From assembly GCA_041737125.1 (NCBI GenBank), contig JBGSSJ010000012.1, positions 2,637 through 66,636 on the forward strand: a DNA stretch of 64,000 nucleotides. The letters are read 5' to 3'. The position numbers and the translations under genes were made by a program. Below, one piece after another: positions 61,801-64,000 of the stretch. This DNA is from Minisyncoccia bacterium. Lineage in GTDB: Bacteria; Patescibacteriota; Minisyncoccia; Phycocordibacterales; UBA9973. The notes beneath the pieces were generated by a model, which was given only the letters and a program-made list of their open reading frames with translations, did not search any database and was not told where the DNA came from. How positions within the stretch are numbered: the first letter of the stretch is position 1; every line of letters starts with the position of its first letter.

Positions 61801-61854
61801 AATTGCGAAGAGAAATGATAAAATTTTATTATATTTAAAAGCACAAAGCGACAT
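46804..61854 (-). CDS. Giant (5016 aa) secreted surface protein: acidic stalk, GLUG-type repeats with Gly-rich inserts, 11 Fn3, C-terminal dockerin
   Basis: Uninterrupted 15-kb ORF with signal peptide; repeated YxGGLVGxN...SYATGxV; 11 VPDAP...NGGSAITSYTVTS...GLTNGxxYTFTVTATN units; duplicated DLNHDGKVNSVDFS / DINLDKQVNSVDFS. Confidence 0.9.
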   Translation of the reverse strand: MSLCAFKYNKILSFLFAIFLLCSFYFTVDAQDEVIIESTTNEETVEMIQVTTNDPTIEAVLPVTEIIEDTEEVTVEQEVTTEDIIETISEPEVAEEEVIEIVNEDSTEIIEEPEVVTEIIIESEEEKNEDIDNSGGSSALEAISEEIPPSLGEETSRLPTIEEQVIDNGKVVVVSSTPEQDAVAPMVDVPVRIEISEIFKVGQEDQIKIKWTNNGDENMEFVSYDDDEDEYIDHVSWVVPHLSTQTFEIIFISDGIRLDSDKNILEDIFDAIKYRDQIFADILDGQFVRVTFDTFLDNGNDITLYAKPTHDGSAVTVEVYTVDGEFIAAFPVIAEDGKYRIILSGLSTPLETFDLKIIGDLTIDQVVDPITTRYWVGAAGANWSSTSSWSATSGGASGASIPDFETNVIFDTGSNGAIIDQAFTIGSLTISGYTGTITQNANLIINNSGGLSGDYIQTSAATFTAPDPLNDTFSVTGNFSVSAGTFRRYTGMGISTDPFMVFDVYGLQGARTNLASSYKLNNAINASVTSGWNAGVGFIPIGTNTTPFTGNFNGDNYAISNLFINTTTLAYVGLFGYTTNLIENVVLTNASITAVGVSGATGSNGATGTSGVTPTAGGTGTIGGAGSIVYVGGLAGYNAGTITSASVSGFITGTGGAGGASGSGGAGGNTTSGATVAGAGGGTLAGGAGAISYVGGLVGFSAQGNITTSSSSATVIGVGGTGGDSGAAGNGGTNSGTGIGGAGGAAGAPGVGGISYVGGLAGWINTGVIDASYTTGSVTGTGGTGGNAGTAGVGGAGGGAAIGGAGGAGAAGALGGVTYVGGLVGNNSGIIEGASYATGDVEAFGGESGTSSTGGIGGASATATTGTAAIGGIGGAGGAGSLAHAGGLVGQNASAGIIIGDIGSNYSTSNVTGTGSNGKNGQSGGAGGSASLGAAHAGGAGGAAGAGGAGGGAYVGGLAGLNAGVILSSYATTGVITGVAGSGGAGGTGGSGGVKGASGASGAGGASGVGGSAFVTFAQVGGLAGRNTGIIQYSYSENQVIGLGGGGGSGGAGVSGLIGLPGIAGANAGAAGDVYIGGVVGVNTNVTSHSYHTTGTITGTAGAGGNAGAGGAGGAGALSGAGAIATVGGAAYVGGVIGYNSGSTLTNDYSTSTVTGTGGSGGNGALGGNGGTSLAGIAGSAGAVGGAAYVGGVIGYNLNGQVLFSYGTGTVNATGGAGGIGGNGGNGGVGAVGVTGGVGGAGAVGGIGGAGYGGGVVGQYILGPIASSYSTGDVIVTGGAGGNGGAGGAGAAGGTNAIGGAGGAGAAGGVGGASFAGGVAGQSTGVITSETLILTSGAVTSTSGTPGDGGAGGAGGATTATVNSGIAASGGAGGAGGAGALAYAGGVVGHNANFITNYYTTSVVTATASSGKSGAIGGAAGNGSLGGASHVGAAGSVGGAGGVGGTAYSGGIAGFNTSTISNSYSEIGSVYSTAGSGGNGADGSSGGAGGTNAIGGAGGAGIAGAAGGLSFAGGIVGQNSSGSVIYSYSEVDVFSIGGNSGNAGAGGAGGVRAIGGNGATSATAGYSSAGGLVGFSNGVINNSYATGNTISTGGTGGIGSAGGTGGSGTIGASGGGSLGIGGAAGAGYAGGLLGYNSTNGIVLGGSYATGNATAIGGVGGLGGSGANGGNSSNAVAGGAATLGNSGGAGGLASSGGVVGYNIATVASGSYASGNIEAIGGAGGNSGASGTPGSSGPGVAGLAGVAYVGNGGFGGVGGASYAGGIIGFNGLVSTTLSTPHTIGTITSTGGAGGIGGGGAPGGAGGSGAIGGTGAVGVTGGTGGAAYGGGITGSNAGVIKDLTYTITTITVSGGVGGNGGVGGTAGASGNIAGGTAASGGTGGPGGIGGATYIGGITGDNTAFFGVNFSGVISNLSVIGSLTGNGASAGMGGDGGTGGNGSLGTGGHAGGVGGNGGSGNVGGAVYIGGIAGQGNGNISSSQASGGTITVTFAGVGGSGGTGATGGTGGGGSGRNGTSGAGGAGWVTGAVHAGGAVGYVSLSNVLIDTVHSTNDVVANGGVAANGTTGTSGANGSIGGAGGAGGSGNAIYGGGLVGYNAGAGYVVRNSYATGSVTVNGATGGDGASGGNGGDGTINNIFGGAGAVGGAGGTGGSAYSGGLIGFTTTNAYIDNSYATGTVMASAGNAGAGGNAGSGGVGGNNSVGGAGAIGGVGGVGGASYAGGLVGFSNIGEIINAYSSNTVSGTSGIGGTGGNGGSGGSGGGAAIGGAGGAGAIGGAGGANFTGGLVGDSSIGIETSYHTTGSLVAVSGAGGNGGIGGAAGASGAITNGTAAAGGIGGAGGVGGSLSLGGLVGRNNTANGIINSSYATVSMTGTGGNGGNGGQGGNGGDGSLGTNHIGGVAGNGGAGGSGATTASTALHVGGLVGQSSLGTITSSYAETGTIVVVGGSAGHGALGGIGGIGTGTALDGLNGTGGVGSFGGGIYVGGLVGYSTGIIQANSYSKTTLNITGGNGGNGAHGISASINSGTAGSAGGAGNQSSIIHAGGLVGSTTSDVISSHATVDSGSGAGNIVVTGGTPGNGGNGGDGGSGLATGGAGGAGGAGGAGGASQGSFIGGLLGSSTSTGAVSDSYSTLISISGFEQSGGTGGNGGNGGSGVGAFNGGVGALGGIGGTGGVRAVGGLVGDNLGIIRDNSYSSISFSATAGTGGTGGNGGTGGTSGSTISSGVSALGGAGGAGGAGGLAYGGGLVGRMTGTTQIVRISDSYATGSITVVGGLGGNGGLGGNGGDGSLGTSTHAGAPGALAGLAGVGGEANAGGLVGFSNFTTGASNYLDTYATGNVSSTGGTAGISGISGNGGASRSTVAGGTGGGAVVGAVGGASYAGGLIGNNRIGAGLSDIINSYATGNVSSTGGTGSTGNIGGNGANGATSAAGGASGAGGSGGIGGESNAGGLVGYSNMAAGGGSNYFHAYSTGNTVESFGGLGGNGRASGIPGAGGAGGAGGASVAAGAGGAGGVSYAGGLIAQLGSTVTITTSYATRNVTSTGGTGGNAATSVAGGIAGSGALGGVGGAGGTAGTGGASYAGGLIGNNTGIIEGSSYATGAVSSIGGNAGVSSNGASGGASSTVSGGTAATGGAGGSGAAGGLGYAGGLVGNNAATGIILNSYATGSVTAIGGNGAHGSNGGTGGNGSLGTSHIGGTGGAGGPAGGGGVSASGGLAGFNVNTTNTILTSYSLGTTVSSTSGNGGNGGIGGNGGVSSPSSAGGIGWVGGAGGASGVMYAGGFVGYNDGNIFLSSYTTSNVVGITGTGGAGGTGGNGASGSVGVSGNGGVGGVAGNGGAAGAAGLAYGGGFTGFNNTARTIKDSYSTGSLTLVGGTGGVGGAGGNGGTGGAGDVSGTGGTGGASGARTVGAAGGITYGGGFAGYNIGTLYTTYALGDVSVNGATGGVGGAAGLSGNGGTGGVSGAGGAGGGSGTTAAGGAGGALYAGGLVGYNFTAGIIQFSWSAGDVTTVGGNGGSAGASGAGGRGGNGGTLAGGAGGASIGGGAGGASGASYVGGLVGANITTGNFNTSYASGNILVTGGVGAAGAVGGTGGEGGAGGSGVSGNGGNGTIGGAGGAGGAGDAVFVGGLVGQNTGAITNAYQRGSITAIGGTPGVGGVGGVGGAGGAQGGGALGVNGNGGAGGAGGAGGSAYVGGLLGSHNTTIITNTYATGAPSGTKTNGATGGTGGSAGVGGSGGSTGGTGAAGAASLQYTGGVTGNPLGGTYVSNYWDTTTSGYATGDGVGNGVDPAGITGKTSTEMKEEATFVGWDFTSLIWSIDEASSYPYFSYQTIPDAPIIGTATPGNGQATITFTPPVNNGGSAITSYTVTSNLGHTATGGTSPITVTGLTNGTSYTFTVTATNANGTSVASATTNAVTPATVPDAPTIGTATGGNGEAVITFTPPLNNGGSVVTSYTVTSNLGHTATGGTSPITVTGLTNGVTYTFTVTATNSAGTGASSATSNSVVPSTIPDAPIIGTATAGNGQATITFTPPVNNGGSVITSYTVTSSPGGFTTSGGTSPITITGLTNGTTYTFTVTATNANGTSVASGTTNAVTPATVPDAPTNIVAVSSNGQATITFDAPISNGGSAITSYTVTSSIGGHFTTGGSSPLVVTGLTNGVAYTFTVTATNAVGTSVASTASNAVTPATVPDAPTSIIAVRGNGEATITFTPPVNNGGSTITSYTVTSSPGGFTATSNGSPITVTGLTNSVSYTFTVTATNAVGTSVASDPSNTITPATVPDAPIIGTATAGNGEAVITFTPPVNNGGSAITSYTVTSNLGHTATGGSSPLVVVGLTNGVTYTFTVTATNDVGTSVASSSSNSVTPVSVPGAPTIGTATAGNGQATITFTAPSSNGGSAITIYTVTSNLGHTATGGSSPITVTGLTNGVTYTFTVTATNSVGTGIASATTNSVTPATVPDAPTSITAVRGNGEATITFTPPVNNGGSAITSYTVTSNVGGHTATGGSSPITVTGLTNGTTYTFTVTATNIMGTSTSSGTSNSIVPATVPDAPTSITAVAGNGEATITFTPPVNNGGSAVTSYTITSNIGGHTATGGTSPITVTGLTNGVTYTFTFTATNAVGTSVASSASNSVTPATVPGAPTNVAGEAADTSVIVSWSAPASNGGSPITSYTITASPGGATMTSATTTAIFTGLTNGVTYTFSVTATNALGTGVSSGSSSGVTPASVPGAPTNLAAIIDDSSVSLSWSAPLSNGGSAITDYVIEYKLTTLGTWTVFADSVSTTPSVTVTGLANNNSYDFRVYAKNIIGTSVASGEVSGTPGSPAQVLIQSFTDLIVPSISTAVRITNEGSTAYEYQYTWCVTDSVLNTCGGGNDIFSSTAAKLIQPLENFDTTLNSTVPIAGDYYFHLDVLFGSDSSTASQSFAASTDTSVTPPGGGGGGGGGASVAPILTNACIGADLNHDGKVNSVDFSIMLSFWKTTSPFNNPCADINLDKQVNSVDFSILLYQWGKKPIAFKKQ
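47400..50375 (-). repeat. Tandem fibronectin type III coding repeats (11 units of about 265 bp)
   Basis: Recurrent DNA such as gcagtcacagtRaatgtata and gtaagtcctgtgactgtgattggtgaa. Confidence 0.85.
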
Positions 61855-61976
61855 ATGTATATTATATCAATAAAATGCTTATTATTTTGTAAAAAAAATA
61901 CAAAATGTGTTAATAAGTAACATATTTTCGAAGAAAAAAGTTTGTTTTTAAAAAATATTTCTTATATAATATTCAA

Positions 61977-62537
61977 ATGCCAAACAATGCCAAAAAAAAT
62001 GTTTATAAACAGAAAGAATTTCAAATTTATTTATTATGGAAATCTTTACCCGCTCATGTACACGGAATGAAGAGAGCAGAACTAGAATCTTCAGGTTTTA
62101 CTGATCCACTTATTTTAAAAATTTTAAAAATTAAAAATCAAACAGAATTTGCAAAAAAATTTAATATTAAAGACCTTGGAACATTAACAGACTGGAACAA
62201 TAAAATTAAAAAAGAGAACATAGCCTCCCCTATTTTGGTTAATAACTTTGAAGAACAATTATCAAATATTAATAAGCAAATAATTTTACCTCAAATAGAT
62301 GAATTGAAACAAATAATAATAGAACAAAATAAAACTATATTTCTTTTAAAAAATGAAAATCTTTCATTAAAAAGTAAACTTAAACCCCGCGTAAAAATCA
62401 GAAAAGAAAAAGAAATAATATCCTCAGTATCAATAGACGAGACACGAATTGATTCCTTATCAAAGAAAAATAATCCCAAAGAAATAATAAAAGGTAGTAG
62501 TATCTTTCAACAAATTAAAAACCTATTTCTAGGCTAG
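61977..62537 (+). CDS. Hypothetical protein with putative HTH and coiled coil
   Basis: NQTEFAKKFNIKDLGTLTDW HTH-like segment; TATAAT 6 nt upstream; divergent from the giant gene. Confidence 0.7.
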   Translation: MPNNAKKNVYKQKEFQIYLLWKSLPAHVHGMKRAELESSGFTDPLILKILKIKNQTEFAKKFNIKDLGTLTDWNNKIKKENIASPILVNNFEEQLSNINKQIILPQIDELKQIIIEQNKTIFLLKNENLSLKSKLKPRVKIRKEKEIISSVSIDETRIDSLSKKNNPKEIIKGSSIFQQIKNLFLG

Positions 62538-62553
62538 AAATAGGTTTTTAATT
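62513..62553. terminator. Bidirectional terminator-like palindrome
   Basis: AATTAAAAACCTATTTCTAG-G-CTAGAAATAGGTTTTTAATT between convergent genes. Confidence 0.75.
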
Positions 62554-62562
62554 ACAAAATAG

Positions 62563-64000
62563 CTATTTATCAAAATCATCTCCCTTTTGATGTTCTATCT
62601 GATTGAGTTGTATAGTCTTAAACCTATCGAATATATCTTTCTCTTGCTCATATCTCATAATCATATCTGACGCATGGTAAGCACCCAAGTAATGCGACAT
62701 AACTACATAAGTAGACCCTATGTTGTAGAGTTTCTTCGCATCATTTACGAAGTGGCTAGTGGTAATGATTATGCCGTCTTTATTCTTGTCCCTATAGTAC
62801 TTCGTTAGGAGCATGTTCGTATTGAAGTCCGGAATTGTAGAAATTATTTTACTTGCTTTCGTTATGCCTATCTCATCTAGGAAGTCCACATCTTCTGCGT
62901 CACCGAATTTGAAATTAATATTCATTTTCTCTGCACCAGATATCGATTCCGGATTATGGTCTACGACCAAATATGTCGCCTTTAACCTCTGTGCTATTTT
63001 TACGAATTCATAACCTACTCTGCCATAGCCAAAGATGATGACATCGTATGAATTATTCTCATCGGTCTTGTTCTCGTAATTATTCTTCCTAATTTCCAGG
63101 AATGACAGGAGTGGCTTCACCTTGTTATAAATCTGATCCGCATAGAGGACAAGATATGTAGAGCCCGCAATAGTGATAATACCTACGAGCGTTATGAGCG
63201 ATACAGCTTGCCTATCTATGTGCCCGAGTGATAAGCCTAGTGCCATAAGTATCAGAGAGAATTCGCTTATCTGAGCGACAGTAAGCCCCGCCATAAAGCC
63301 CGTCCTCTTCCGGAACCCAAGTAAATTCATCAAGATGAAAACAATTATTGGATTACCGACGAGCACAAAGAGCGAGAGGATGATAGCTGGCATCATCGAC
63401 AAGCCGAGCTCCCCTAGCATAAGGTGCGAGCCCAAGAGAATGAAGAATAATACAATGAAAAAGTCGCGTAATGACTTCATCCTAGAACTAATCTCGAATG
63501 AATAATTTGAAGCTGATAATGTGACGCCTGCGATAAGCGCACCGATTTCTATAGAAAATCCGATCTTATAGAACAATCCTGCGAGAACCAATCCCCAAGT
63601 CACAGAAAAGAGAAATAATAATTCCTGAGATTTCGCTATATTATTAAAAAGTTTCGGTAGTATATACTTGGAAACGAAATACAAAACGATACTTACACCG
63701 ATACCTTTTAATAATAGAATGAGAAATGTACCTCCGATGTTGCCCCCAGTTATAGCGTAAGTCCCTAAGAATGGAACTATCACAAGGAGTAATGTCGCCA
63801 CCAAGTCCTGCACGAGTAGGAAGCCAATGGAAATTTTGCCGTATAGTTTCTCCAAGTCTCCCCTATCTGATAATAATTTGAGTATGATAATAGTACTACT
63901 AAAAGTAAGAGCAATCGATCCGTAAAGTGAAGTAATCTTATCGAATCCTAGTAACTTCATAATTATGAAGCCTATAACTGAAGTGAACACTATCTGACCC
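62563..64000 (-). CDS. CPA2 cation:proton antiporter with RCK/TrkA-N domain (KefB/C-like; 5' end outside the window)
   Basis: FSSTIIILKLL, GFLLVQD, AQISEFS, IFGYGRVG, GDAED. Confidence 0.9.
   Translation of the reverse strand, partial: GQIVFTSVIGFIIMKLLGFDKITSLYGSIALTFSSTIIILKLLSDRGDLEKLYGKISIGFLLVQDLVATLLLVIVPFLGTYAITGGNIGGTFLILLLKGIGVSIVLYFVSKYILPKLFNNIAKSQELLFLFSVTWGLVLAGLFYKIGFSIEIGALIAGVTLSASNYSFEISSRMKSLRDFFIVLFFILLGSHLMLGELGLSMMPAIILSLFVLVGNPIIVFILMNLLGFRKRTGFMAGLTVAQISEFSLILMALGLSLGHIDRQAVSLITLVGIITIAGSTYLVLYADQIYNKVKPLLSFLEIRKNNYENKTDENNSYDVIIFGYGRVGYEFVKIAQRLKATYLVVDHNPESISGAEKMNINFKFGDAEDVDFLDEIGITKASKIISTIPDFNTNMLLTKYYRDKNKDGIIITTSHFVNDAKKLYNIGSTYVVMSHYLGAYHASDMIMRYEQEKDIFDRFKTIQLNQIEHQKGDDFDK

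Noticed and set aside
1-64000. Alternative genetic code (code 25, as in Gracilibacteria/Absconditabacteria)
   Set aside because: Long genes are intact under the standard code, TGG is used for Trp, and valS ends at TGA overlapping the next gene.

Overview
AT-rich chromosomal segment of a reduced-genome bacterium. Gene content and style fit Patescibacteria/CPR, Parcubacteria-like (inference): dispersed dcw/mur genes, short ValRS and MurE, LeuRS with a Nudix insert, and many apparently leaderless genes. Most of the window is housekeeping: ftsI (partial), ftsL-like, rsmH, mraZ, lysS, greA, PBP2, murC/D/E, tsaD, valS, lepA, murJ, leuS, tsaC, ychF and three tRNAs. Four things stand out. (1) Two stand-alone, oppositely oriented single genes look like Bacteroidota (Chitinophagaceae-like) core genes: the primary sigma factor (41809-42672) and phoH (26204-27199). 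Each sits behind a sigma70-type promoter and has its own terminator-like hairpin, so they are candidate host-derived genes or effectors. (2) A 5016-aa surface protein (GLUG repeats with polyglycine inserts, 11 Fn3, C-terminal dockerin) lies directly upstream of two membrane-anchored cohesin-domain genes. (3) An orphan structured ncRNA candidate at about 3060-3226. (4) A switch-like greA 5' leader. All family assignments are from motif recognition; no database searches were run.
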